Positions 50,382-63,651 of a stretch of 64,000 nt of DNA are shown piece by piece. A program made the position numbers and the translations under genes. The notes under the pieces were generated by a model, which made no database searches, was not told the origin of the DNA, and saw nothing but the letters and a program-made list of their open reading frames with translations. Numbering within the stretch: the stretch's first letter is position 1; each line of letters begins with the position of its first letter. Source of the DNA: Macrostomum hystrix (Eukaryota; Animalia; Platyhelminthes); contig CATNEN010000038.1 of assembly GCA_950097015.1 (NCBI GenBank), forward strand, positions 29,512,001 through 29,576,000. Reading direction: 5' to 3'.

Positions 50382-53300
50382 ATGGAGGTCATTAGCTCTT
50401 GTAATCCATTTCTCTTTGTGAATGGAATTCAACACGAGAGTGAGTTCGGCTTGTTGTGACCTAATTTTTTATGACTTTATTATATGTTCTCGCATATAGG
50501 CATATTTAAATGAACATCGCTTCCATTACAGTACCTCGCGATTGCTCACCAGAGCTGAGTCTGAACAGCTTCCTTCGCGATTTCCTGCAGTTGAAGGGCA
50601 CCAAGGTGATGTGCGGCGAAGGCGGCTGCGGATGCTGCATCGTCAATGTGACCTTCAGGCATCCGGGAACTGGGCAGATTGCCAGCGGGCCAGTCAACTC
50701 GGTGAGTGTCAAAAGTCACGGTGAGCATGCAGAGTTGCTCAAGCCTGTAGGTAGAGATTGGTTGAGTGGCGGCCTCCTCAATCCATATAATAGGCAGCTG
50801 TACACAGCTTTGAAAGCGCCGCACAATAACAGCGGCTGTGCCACTTGTAACTGGGTTGTTAAGCCGAGAAGCAGAAAAGAGGACAGGAAGGTCTGTGAGG
50901 GGCTGCGCCTTGTTAAATGGGGTACAGAACCGGGGAATAGTCTATGGCCACTTATGCAACGGCATCGGCAAACTGATAACAAAGTGTAGCTTTTGCCATT
51001 CAATCTCAGTGTTTTGTCATTCATACTCAGCCCCCATAGAATTAATCCAGCCAGTTGGCGCCGTTTGGCCCATAGACTATCGCTCTGTGCCATTCAATCT
51101 CGGGTTTTGTCATTCAAACTCAGGCTTTATAAGCTCGGTCTCTCAAACACAGTCCTCCCAAAGACAGCAAAATTACAAATTTCTTCCATAGCATTTGCTT
51201 ACATGGCCCAACTTACATGGGCCATATGCTTACATGGAGCGCCTGGGCCACGTTGCACTGGACACTCTGAACGCCGCAAACTGGGAGATTGCCTGCAGCC
51301 GACTGTATCCACGGTGCATTATGCAAATTCCTTTTCTCTGAGTCACTGTTCCGATCCAAGACATTAACAATTCCGCTCAAATCCGTATGTTCCCCACTAT
51401 GATGCTAGAGGTGTTTGACTTGTAATGTGTATGGACTGCATTATGTTTAACAAGTTTAACAAGTCTGTTTTTCGGTCCTGTGTTACATGAGCCGAGCTGA
51501 GGAATAATAACCTGTTCATTCCTTATCCACATTCCTTCTCCACATTAAAGCCTGAGTTTGAATGACAAAACCCGAGATTGAATGGCACAGAGCGATAGTC
51601 TATGGGCCAAACGGCTCCAACTGGCTGGATTAATTCTATGGGGGCTGAGTATGAATGACAAAACACTGAGATTGAATGGCAAAAGCTATAGTTAAAGTAC
51701 CAGTACACCAGCTGCAATACACAACTGGCTCAACTGGGTGTCATGTCTATGGTAAACACAAGAAATTCATCAAAGACGAAGACGTGGAGATAAATTTCAA
51801 GCATGATTTTTAAACACCTTATTAAAGATATAACTCCTTTAATTAACCACGAGAAGACTGATGGTAAGCAGTGCTTACCAAGGCCTAATTTTACTTCCTG
51901 CCGGCTTGAGTAGATAGAATTCTATGGTTAAATTGATATTATCGGTTCCTGCCTGCAGTGGTAAGCACAGCTTACCGTGAATATTCTAGATTTTTTTCTG
52001 ACAAGCATAAATTTTAAATTGTACGAGTACATTCTTAATTATGTGTTGTTTGTACATCTCCTTTATAGCTTTTAGTTCAAACATTCTATTTTATTCAAGA
52101 AGGCTCTGATAAATTTGAATTCCAATATCTTAACTTTCTCGTCGTATTGTAAAAATAACTAAAGAACAAAGAAGAGCATCGAAACAGCCGATACATCTGT
52201 CCAATCTAACTTACCAGCGCATACAGAGGGTACGACTGGTACACTATGCAGAAACTATAACTAGCAAAACTAGAATAAAAAAATAATAGTCATTAACAAA
52301 TTTAAGCTAAAGACAAGAGGCAAATCTCATTTGTTCAGGCCCATGTACAGGTGCATGCCGACTAGCTTTTTCATCTCGCTTGCGGTGCAGTCCCGCCAGC
52401 TAGTCAAGATAGGTGGAAGGACGTCCGTCTCAGGATCCAGCTCCATCAGCATGGTGGCCACCTTGGCGTTCGTCCATTCAGCGAGACGTTGGAAAAGCTC
52501 ATCAGAAAGGAACATTTGTAAAAATAAAGACTTATCCAGCTCAACATTGTCAGGAATTAAAACGTTAGGATTTAGGCCAGCAGTTCCGGTAAATTAAAAA
52601 CTTTCTGTCCCTTCATCCGAGCCAGGCTCGACAAGCCGCCAAACATTCTCAACTTCAGCCGCTTCGCCATCTGCGAACTCCTGTCCTTCCTCGCCTTCAG
52701 GCTCTTCCATGATTGGAGGATTGCCATTCAGTGCGTCTTCGATGCCAACCTCCTCACCAGGCTCCTCGTCTATTGTTAAGTAGGAGTCGAGGCTCACTTC
52801 ACTGTCTGAGGTCATGTATTCGATCCCAGAGCGAGAAGCCATGTACTGCAGGTTTTCAGTGAGTACGCTCGTACTGAGAAATTTAGTGAGAAAAGACTAA
52901 CAAACAAGATGGTCAGAATATTATTGTAAGAAAGCTTGTCCTACTGTAAAGGGGACTTGCTGCGCACAGATTTCTATGGTAAGCAGCGCATACCAAGCAG
53001 GCAGCAAGTGAGACTGCTTTACTGGCTAAAGGCAGTAGTGCTGCTCATTTCCTTCCCGTCTAGTGCATCAGTTTAAGCCATGCTTGATTAGTAAGCCTAG
53101 CCGGCAGGAATGGGAGTGACATGCTATGCCAGAAAATATCTATGGTAAGCACTGCTTACCAAGCAGTCGGAAACAGACAAATGATGGATTCTGGTTAGGC
53201 AGGAAGAGGTTCTTATTCACAAATAAGAATTTCAAATAAACGCGTTCAAATTTGCCTAAATTGAACTGCACCTTTAGCATCAAGCATCAAGAAGTTACCG

Positions 53301-56300
53301 ATAAAAACACGACATATGCTATGTGCGAAATAAATTTTGAAACCAAGATCGACTTCCTCAATAATCAATGCAATTAAAGTCGCAAACATTCCGAAAAAAA
53401 AAATTTTACTGAATTTAAAAACAGCAATTTCAGTAAATAAATATACAGATAGCAGGAAATCCGCCTCCGAAAATAATATATAAGAAACCAAATTTATTGC
53501 GTCCAATTTCGCATCAAAATACAATAAAATTTCACGGCCATTTTTGGGCAGTGCCTGACGCCTGTGTACTCTGCCATCGGTTGGCACGTGCTGACAGTCG
53601 AGGGTCTCGGCGGTGGCGGCAAGGCGCATCCCGACGGCTACCACCCGATCCAGAGCCGTCTGGCCGACGGATTTGGCAGCCAGTGCGGCTTCTGCTCACC
53701 TGGCTTCGTCATGTCCGCCTACAGCCAGCTGAGAGAGAATCCGCGCCCCACCGAGGCGCAGGTGGAGCACTTCTTCGACGGCAACATCTGCCGCTGCACC
53801 GGCTACCGACCGATTCTGGACGCCATGAAGAGCTTCGCGTGCGACGGCAAGCAGGGCACAGCCGGGTGCCTGGATATCGAGGTGCGGCCCTGCAATATTA
53901 TCTGAGACACTTTTAACTCGATATGGCATGTACTTGATCTTCTCGAAGAGCCTGATAAAAGCGTTTATCTCTGGACAGGACTTGAGTCCCGCCTGCTGCA
54001 AGAGCCTCTCTGTGAAGCCAATTCCCTCGGCGGGACTAGCGCCTGTGGCTCGCGGCTGGCGTGGCCAGAAGTTCTACAGTCCGGGCGGCATGTCGGACCT
54101 GCTGACGCTCGTGACGCGACACCGCAGCGACAAGTACCGCCTGGTGTTCGGCAACACCTCGGCTGGAGTCTTCAAGGATGACGCAGCCTCTGCGGAGTAT
54201 TACATCAACGTGCGCAACGTGCCGGAGCTGCACGAGATCCAGGTGCGATGGGATTAGCAGTTTGATTGAAATCCTGTCAACTAGGAAGCGGAAAACTCGC
54301 ATGCCAAACACTTCTTTCACAACTTTCATCAACGCAACAGGAGACGGAGGACAGCCTGCAGGTCGGTGCGAACGCGACCCTCCACGAGCTGCTGCAGCTC
54401 TTCGACCGCGTGTCGGCGAGCCGGCCGAAGTTCCGTCACCTGGCGCAGGCGTCTCGCCACCTGCAGGTGGTGGCCAATCAGGCAGTGCGTCGCAATGCCT
54501 GCTGGGCCGGCAACCTGATGATGAAGCACGCCCACCCGGAGTTTCCCTCCGATCTGTTCGTGCTGTTTGAGGCTGCCAAGGCGGTTGTCATGGTGACGGA
54601 CTCGACCGGAACCCAGGAGTACATTCTGACCGACTTCCTGCGCCAGGACATGTCGGGCCGAGTGATCAGCGCCATCAGACTGCCGGGACTCGCCACCGAC
54701 GCGCATCGGTTCGGCTCGTTCAAGGTCACGCCGAGAGCGCTGGTAGGAAAGCGATTTACCTGTCTAGCTCACTTTTTCTTTTCCTGATATGAAGAGTTAG
54801 TTCATGCGTTTGGACCTAAACCAAAGAAAACTAAAAAAAACTAATTGACAGAAAAATTCGCCTGCACTTTCCGCCTCTCCAGAATGCGCATGCCTACGTG
54901 AACGCAGCCTTCAACGCGTGCGTCGATGAGACCGACGGCTTCCGCGTCACTGAAAGACCGTCCATTGTCTACGGAGGAATTTCGCACAAGTTTGTAAGTG
55001 GGCTCATATTTTTTTTATATTTCTAAATCAGCAAACAACAAGTTCATTAGACCAAATATTCATTTTGCTTTTTTAGAACCATGCCGTTAAAGCTGAAAAC
55101 TATCTGCTTAACAAGAAACTTCTGGATGAAGATACTGTCACAGGTTGACACCCTTTTTTCGGGTTAAGGCTTAAAGCTCAAGCTAAATTATGGCAAATCG
55201 GTGCGAGGGAATCAGTATTTGTCGGAAAAACTGCGCGCAATTTCAGGAGCCGTAGCCATGCTGGAGTCGGAGGTGTCGCCGGACGAGCAACCCACCTGGA
55301 CGTCGCCAGCGAGTCGCCGCAACCTGGCCTCGAACCTGCTCTACAAGTTCATCTTGGGCGCGATCGGAGCGGACGTCCTGGCGCCCGAGGATGCCAGCGG
55401 AAGTCGCGTACTCGACCGAACAGTGCAGTCGACTCTGCAGGACTTCGAGGAGGTGCTGCAGCCGACGCCGCTCGGCAAGGCGACGCCGAAGCAGGAGGCC
55501 CGCGCTCAGGCCGCCGGGGAGGCCAAGTTCACCAACGACTCGCCGCCGCACGTCAACGAGCTGTTCGCGGCGTTCGTGCAAGCACCGGAGGCTCCCGGCG
55601 AGCTGAAGGGCTTCGAGACCGAAGAGGCTGAGGTGAATAGTGTGCTTTTTTTATTTTTCTTCAAATTTTGGATAGTCCAAATTTTTCTATCCTTGCTTTT
55701 AAAGAGCGTTCCGGGCTATGTGAGGATGCTGACGGCCAAAGATCTGGAGAATGGTTACGTAAATGATGTTGTGACTCCGCTGCTACCATCCGGTTTTGCG
55801 TGAGTTGGCCTACGATCATTAGTTTGTTAGGGAAGGCAACTTGATTTCATAATCCATTGTCCATCTCTAACATGACAGTCAGAAAGAAGAGATTCTCAGC
55901 TCCGGTCCCATTCGCTACGCTGGCCAGCCTGTGGCCTTGGTCCTGGCTACCAGTCAGTGGGCCGCCGATTGCGCGGCCTCCCTGGTGACGGTGAACTTCG
56001 ACCAGACTGGTGAGCCAATCACCAGCGTCGCCGAGGCGGTCGCCAAGTCGGCCATCATCATGGAGAAGCCACAGGAGTTTGTCGGCGAAGGCGGCGCCGA
56101 TTCGCTGAAATCCGGGCTCGAGAGTGGCTGCCGGGTGGAGGGTCAGATCGTAGTGAACGAGCAGGCGCACTTCTTCCTGGAGAGTCTGACCGCCTGTGTG
56201 GAGCCCAACGAAGAAGGTATTGGTATTGTAGGTCGTAAACGTCCTCCTCCAAAAAAAACATTGCTTCGCTTGAGCATATCCTAACTGACCGTCCAAATGG

Positions 56301-59070
56301 AATGCTGGAATAGAGAGGAATAGAGAATGGAGTGGAACTGTGCATTTAAGGGTTCAATATCGACATGTTTACCATTATTTGACAATAACTAGCTTTAAAC
56401 ATACGCTACAATTATTTCAAATTTAAAAGGCCTGGTGATCACTGCCCCTCATCAATGGTCCGACGAGCTGGTCTCCGTCCTAAAACGTGTTCTCGGCCGT
56501 CCAGCCAGCCAGCTGCGAGTCATCACGCCCCGCATTGGTGGCGGCTTCGGTGGCAAGATTTTCATGATGGATCTGGTTGTGGCAGCCTGCGCCGTAGCTG
56601 CAGACATCACGAACCGTCCTGTGCGCATGTTCGTATCGCTCAACCGGTACATGGCCTTGGCGATGAAGCGTCCAGGATGGCTGCTTGGTTACCGCGCATC
56701 AGCGGACCCCGACACCGGCAGGCTCCGCGCCATCAGCTGGGAAGTCAATCAGGAGGCTGGTTACGCACTGAACTTGCAGCTCCTAATTGCTGACGAGTTC
56801 AAGGAGAACATGGATCAAGCCTACAATTGTCCGAATTACGGTATCCAGACGAGGTACTTGCGCACAGACAAGCCGGAGAGCACGTTCATGCGCGGCCCAG
56901 GGCCATCGCCAGCCGCCGTTGCGAGCCTTCTGGTGATGGACCACCTGGCGTTCCAGCTGGGCGTTGATCCGATTCAGTTCAGGAAGGAAAATCTCTACAA
57001 GGAAGGAGATGTGAGCTTTAAATTTTATCGAGCTTAGAATTTCATAGCTAAAATGACTTTTTTGTTTATATATTTGTTTCTTCCGGCCTTGACTAGACGA
57101 ACATTTTTGGTGGAAAGCGAGTGTCGGACAACTACCAGCGCATGTGGCAGGAGCTGTATGAGGCAGCCAACATTGAGGCCAGAATTGAGGAGATCGAGAA
57201 CTTCAATCAGGTATTTAAAGTGCACCTGCAGTTAAAGGATAATAAAAAACTCAGTTGATATATGACACTAATAACTTCAACGCTAGGCGAACAAATATCG
57301 CAAGCGTGGCCTTGACATGGGTCCCAGCTCCCAGTACATCGGATTTGAGCGCGGCCGGCCTTCTCAGGTGTACCTGGCAGTGCAGTCCTGCGATGGCACC
57401 GTTACTCTGACTCACAGCGGTGTGGAGATGGGCCAGGGATTAGGCCTAAAGAGTGCCCAAGCTGTTGCCTCAGTTCTGGGTATTGACCTGTCAAAGATTA
57501 AACTGAAGCCAACTGACACGCATGTTATTCCTAACAATGACATCACTGGCGGCAGCGCCACTAGCGAGTGGAACTGCCAGGCTGCAGCTGACGCTGCTAA
57601 CCAGCTGGTTGCTAAGCTGCAACCCATTCGCGAAGCCAATCCAGACGACCAGTGGGAGGCCCTTGTCGCTAAGGCTGGCTCTGCAGGCATCAGCCTCGCT
57701 GCCATGGGCTCGTGAGTCATTCAAATGTGTCGAAACCTGGGGAAGGCATAGGGGGGTCCGTTTCCCGCATTTAAAGCCCGCGTGCCCCTAGAAATTAAAA
57801 AGAACGCTCGTCAGGTGTGGGCCGTATTTTGTGTTCTCTACATGGTCTTGTGTCGCTCGCCCAACTGTCCGTACCCGGAAGATCGATTAGTCGAATCTCC
57901 TGCTTTCCATTTCGTCTGCAGGCAACTCTTGTATTCCTAAAAAGAGCTTCTTTTTCTCACTTTGCGCCAAAAAATTGTCAAAGAAAAAGTCTCTGCTGGC
58001 CTCCAGGGTAGTAATACGCAACAGGAAGCGATTTTCTTAAGGGCAGCACGAATATGTGTCTCATGAAATACGAGTCTCATGCCTCCCGTGTCTCATCTCT
58101 TCTTCCATTTATCATCATTCAAGTGATAATACATTCATCATTCAATTCTCTTTTCTAAAAATGCCTCATCCCTCCTGGTTCTGATCTCTCGATCACTATT
58201 ATGATATCCCAAGTGCCTCACATCTCCAGTTTCTCATTTCTCCGTGTCTCATCTCTTCACAGTTATGTGCATGCCATCTCTTAAGTGCTCATCACTTGAG
58301 TGTCTCATCACTTGAGTGTTTCATTTCTTCGCTGTCATCTCCTGGAATCTTTATTTGTCGAGCAAGGCGATTCACAAGCAATGATGTTGAAGTCCGCTAC
58401 CCAATATCTTCGAATTTTGCTCGAGTTTTCTCAACGTAGCATGCATCACCTGTAACTGATGCGATCGTATTTCATCAGCAGTATTGAGAATTGAATGTAA
58501 AATTAGTTTCTTTTAACCTACAGTTTCATGCCTACCGACAAAAACCCAAACAAGTGCAAGTACCACACAACCGGCATGGGCGCCATCGAGGCCGAAGTGG
58601 ATGTTCTCACCGGCCAGTACCAGATCCGTCGGGCCGACCTCATGATGGACCTGGGCAAGTCGCTCAACCCCGGAGTCGATGTCGGCCAGGTGGAGGGCGG
58701 CTTCGTCATGGGCATGGGCTACTACCTGATGGAGCGCACCGTGTACGACGCTGACAACGGACGCAACCTCACCGACGGCACCTGGGAGTACAAAGTGCCG
58801 CTGGCTGCAGACACTCCGCGCGACTTCCGCGTCCACCTGCTGAAGAAGACGAGCAATCCGTTTGGCGTGTTCGGCACGAAGGCGATCGGCGAGCCGGCAG
58901 TGTGCCTGGCCTCGCTGTGCGTCACGGCGGTGAAGCGCGCAATCGAGGCCTTTCGCAGCGCCCAGGGCAAGCCGAGACGCTGGCTGAGCTTCGAGCTGCC
59001 ACTGACGCCGGAGCGGGTGCTGCAGCTGTGCGAGGTGGGTCCTGAGGACCGGCGCTTCACCCAAAAGTAA
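50382..59070 (+). CDS. Aldehyde oxidase-like molybdo-flavoenzyme, copy 2, ~1295 aa; exons 50382-50439, 50532-50701, 53552-53881, 53979-54242, 54341-54742, 54883-54993, 55077-55143, 55247-55632, 55705-55799, 55879-56216, 56430-57010, 57097-57210, 57287-57711, 58524-59070
   Basis: Same motifs and intron positions as copy 1; spliced length 3888 nt, in frame. Confidence 0.93.
50987..51688. mobile_element. Non-autonomous DNA transposon with ~143-bp near-perfect TIRs in AOX copy 2 intron 2
   Basis: 50987-51129 is the reverse complement of 51546-51688 (one visible mismatch); TA at both ends. The internal minus strand reads ECPVQRGPGAPCKHMAHV (SWIM-like). Confidence 0.88.
51843..53175 (-). mobile_element. 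Decayed piggyBac element; transposase N-terminal fragment 52842-52327 with an in-frame stop, 3'-truncated
   Basis: Acidic N-terminus, then MFLSDELFQRLAEWTN...WRDCTASEMKKLVGMHLYMGLNK, typical of piggyBac (DDE_Tnp_1_7). TTAA|CC at 51843. Quasi-palindrome tggtaagcagtgcttacca occurs twice near each end. Confidence 0.8.
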
Positions 59071-60319
59071 TAAGTATGTTTCTAAAGACTTTGCGCGGTC
59101 GAAACAGCGAAACAGCGGCTTCCGGATACTTTTACTTCGATTGGAATTCCCGCTTTATTAATTATTACAGAGAGAACCTAGGTCCAATCGTGTCAGCAAG
59201 GTACTGTTTATGTGTCGTTTTGTTGATATTACTCTCTGCTGTGGCTGCAGAGTGCAACCTGATCTCTAAATGCGCATTAACTTTTATTGCGACCGATATT
59301 TCTGGAGCCGATTTATAATCATTTTCGGCAATAAAGTTTAGATAACAAATCAAAATCTTTGAATTAAAAAATATGGGAGTTGTGTGGAGGCTTGAAAATA
59401 AAAGCGTCCGAGAATTTAATTGCTACCATTTGACTGCAATTAAAATACGCTGATATATAAATCTGAAATATGTTTAGACCTTGCATTGCTATAGAAATCC
59501 AAAACAAGGGCAGTTTTTTTGGTATTGACACATGACAAGAGTAAAAAATTCCCATCTGACTTTTTTAGTATAATAGATAGATACTGCATATAACATGAAT
59601 TTAGGCTAAAATGTGATTTAAATAAAATATGGCTATACCATGCAAAATACTTTTCTAGCAGATTTCTAGGGCTGTAAAATTTTATTAGTAAGTCAAACTA
59701 CTCGAAACATTCATTAATGTGCATCAAAGGTTGGCAGTAATTATGACTTTTTTAAGTAAAATAAGAGCACAGTTTTTTACAAAGTACATGGGGCTTGCAT
59801 TTTTGCGCATCTAATTTGTGCTTTTGCGCAAAAGCAGTTAATCTTCGTTAAAAAGGGTTGCACATAGACGTGGAATACCTTCTACACCTAGACCTGCAGT
59901 CTGAAAGCATTTACTTAGGTTTATTTAAAAAACTTTTTTACCGGCTTTCTGAGTAAAACACTTACAACTGACAATATTATTAATTTTGAGCTAAAAGCAT
60001 GAAATTATCAGAGTAAAAAAATATTTGTGTTTTATGTAAATTTATTTAATCACAATCTGTCAGAATCAAATAAATTATTTTGCATTTTAAACGAAAATAC
60101 CCTTGCAATGCATTAAAACGGTAAGTTTACGTATTAATTTCCCGATTGACATTCACATTCACATTCACATTCAAACAAGAGTATTGTAACTTAAAAAATA
60201 ACCATTCAATTACAGCGAAACTTACAAGATCTTCTGATGCAACTAAGATAACGTTCCAAAATAAATATAATTTATTTTTGTCAATGCATAAAAGAATTAC
60301 ACAGCTTTGAAATTTGTTC

Positions 60320-63300
60320 CTATCTCCGCAGTGTATATTCTTGTACTTTCAAAAAGTAACTTCTACTGCATCAATCGCAATGAAAATTTACAAAACCTCT
60401 GATGCAATCGAGTTGATTGGATGTGTAAAATTTCAGGCTGATTCATGAAAGCGTCTGCGGGTTATTCAATGTTAAAGTGTGTTTCGTATCTCCGTAGTGT
60501 ATTTTTGGGAGCCAGCTTGACATTCGCAGGCAGACACTTCTACTGCCTCAATCGCAATGAAAATTTACAAAACCTCTGATGCAATCGAGTTGATTGGATG
60601 TGTAAAATTTCAGGCTGATTCATGAAAGCGTCTGCGGGTTATTCAATGTTAAAGTGTGTTCGTATCTCCGTAGTGTATTTTTGGGAGCCAGCTTGACATT
60701 CGCAGGCAGACACTTCTACTGCATCAATCGCAATGAAAATTTACAAAACCTCTGATGCAATCGAGTTGATTGGATGTGTAAAATTTCAGGCTGATTCATG
60801 AAAGCGTCTGCGGGTTATTCAATGTTAAAGTGTGTTTCGTATCTCCGTAGTGTATTTTTGGGAGCCAGCTTGACATTCGCAGGCAGACACTTCTACTGCC
60901 TCAATCGCAATGAAAATTTACAAAACCTCTGATGCAATCGAGTTGATTGGATGTGTAAAATTTCAGACTGATTCATGAAAGCGTCTGCGGGTTATTCAAT
61001 GTTAAAGTGTGTTTCGTATCTCCGTAGTGTATTTTTGGGAGCCAGCTTGACATTCGCAGGCAGACACTTCTACTGCCTCAATCGCAATGAAAATTTACAA
61101 AACCTCTGATGCAATCGAGTTGATTGGATGTGTAAAATTTCAGGCTGATTCATGAAAGCGTCTGCGGGTTATTCAATGTTAAAGTGTGTTCGTATCTCCG
61201 TAGTGTATTTTTGGGAGCCAGCTTGACATTCGCAGGCAGACACTTCTACTGCATCAATCGCAATGAAAATTTACAAAACCTCTGATGCAATCGAGTTGAT
61301 TGGATGTGTAAAATTTCAGGCTGATTCATGAAAGCGTCTGCGGGTTATTCAATGTTAAAGTGTGTTTCGTATCTCCGTAGTGTATTTTTGGGAGCCAGCT
61401 TGACATTCGCAGGCAGACACTTCTACTGCCTCAATCGCAATGAAAATTTACAAAACCTCTGATGCAATCGAGTTGATTGGATGTGTAAAATTTCAGACTG
61501 ATTCATGAAAGCGTCTGCGGGTTATTCAATGTTAAAGTGTGTTTCGTATCTCCGTAGTGTATTTTTGGGAGCCAGCTTGACATTCGCAGGCAGACACTTC
61601 TACTGCCTCAATCGCAATGAAAATTTACAAAACCTCTGATGCAATCGAGTTGATTGGATGTGTAAAATTTCAGGCTGATTCATGAAAGCGTCTGCGGGTT
61701 ATTCAATGTTAAAGTGTGTTCGTATCTCCGTAGTGTATTTTTGGGAGCCAGCTTGACATTCGCAGGCAGACACTTCTACTGCATCAATCGCAATGAAAAT
61801 TTACAAAACCTCTGATGCAATCGAGTTGATTGGATGTGTAAAATTTCAGGCTGATTCATGAAAGCGTCTGCGGGTTATTCAATGTTAAAGTGTGTTTCGT
61901 ATCTCCGTAGTGTATTTTTGGGAGCCAGCTTGACATTCGCAGGCAGACACTTCTACTGCCTCAATCGCAATGAAAATTTACAAAACCTCTGATGCAATCG
62001 AGTTGATTGGATGTGTAAAATTTCAGACTGATTCATGAAAGCGTCTGCGGGTTATTCAATTTTAAAGTGTGTTTCGTATCTCCGTAGTGTATTTTTGGGA
62101 GCCAGCTTGACATTCGCAGGCAGACACTTCTACTGCATCAATCGCAATGAAAATTTACAAAACCTCTGATGCAATCGAGTTGATTGGATGTGTAAAATTT
62201 CAGGCTGATTCATGAAAGCGTCTGCGGGTTATTCAATGTTAAAGTGTGTTCGTATCTCCGTAGTGTATTTTTGGGAGCCAGCTTGACATTCGCAGGCAGA
62301 CACTTCTACTGCATCAATCGCAATGAAAATTTACAAAACCTCTGATGCAATCGAGTTGATTGGATGTGTAAAATTTCAGGCTGATTCATGAAAGCGTCTG
62401 CGGGTTATTCAATGTTAAAGTGTGTTCGTATCTCCGTAGTGTATTTTTGGGAGCCAGCTTGACATTCGCAGGCAGACACTTCTACTGCATCAATCGCAAT
62501 GAAAATTTACAAAACCTCTGATGCAATCGAGTTGATTGGATGTGTAAAATTTCAGGCTGATTCATGAAAGCGTCTGCGGGTTATTCAATGTTAAAGTGTG
62601 TTCGTATCTCCGTAGTGTATTTTTGGGAGCCAGCTTGACATTCGCAGGCAGACACTTCTACTGCATCAATCGCAATGAAAATTTACAAAACCTCTGATGC
62701 AATCGAGTTGATTGGATGTGTAAAATTTCAGGCTGATTCATGAAAGCGTCTGCGGGTTATTCAATGTTAAAGTGTGTTTCGTATCTCCGTAGTGTATTTT
62801 TGGGAGCCAGCTTGACATTCGCAGGCAGACACTTCTACTGCCTCAATCGCAATGAAAATTTACAAAACCTCTGATGCAATCGAGTTGATTGGATGTGTAA
62901 AATTTCAGACTGATTCATGAAAGCGTCTGCGGGTTATTCAATTTTAAAGTGTGTTTCGTATCTCCGTAGTGTATTTTTGGGAGCCAGCTTGACATTCGCA
63001 GGCAGACACTTCTACTGCATCAATCGCAATGAAAATTTACAAAACCTCTGATGCAATCGAGTTGATTGGATGTGTAAAATTTCAGGCTGATTCATGAAAG
63101 CGTCTGCGGGTTATTCAATGTTAAAGTGTGTTCGTATCTCCGTAGTGTATTTTTGGGAGCCAGCTTGACATTCGCAGGCAGACACTTCTACTGCATCAAT
63201 CGCAATGAAAATTTACAAAACCTCTGATGCAATCGAGTTGATTGGATGTGTAAAATTTCAGGCTGATTCATGAAAGCGTCTGCGGGTTATTCAATGTTAA

Positions 63301-63650
63301 AGTGTGTTTCGTATCTCCGTAGTGTATTTTTGGGAGCCAGCTTGACATTCGCAGGCAGACACTTCTACTGCATCAATCGCAATGAAAATTTACAAAACCT
63401 CTGATGCAATCGAGTTGATTGGATGTGTAAAATTTCAGGCTGATTCATGAAAGCGTCTGCGGGTTATTCAATGTTAAAGTGTGTTTCGTATCTCCGTAGT
63501 GTATTTTTGGGAGCCAGCTTGACATTCGCAGGCAGACACTTCTACTGCATCAATCGCAATGAAAATTTACAAAACCTCTGATGCAATCGAGTTGATTGGA
63601 TGTGTAAAATTTCAGACTGATTCATGAAAAGCGTCTGCGGGTTATTCAAT
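60320..63650 (+). repeat. 176/177-bp satellite, ~18-19 copies, very homogeneous
   Basis: Unit ttctactgc.tcaatcgcaatgaaaatttacaaaacc...cgcaggcagacac recurs at 60361, 60538, 60714 and onward. Confidence 0.98.
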
Positions 63651-63651
63651 A

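Noticed and set aside
36155-59070. AOX duplication as a simple haplotype or assembly duplicate
   Set aside because: Most introns are unalignable and several exons differ at many synonymous sites, so these are true paralogues.
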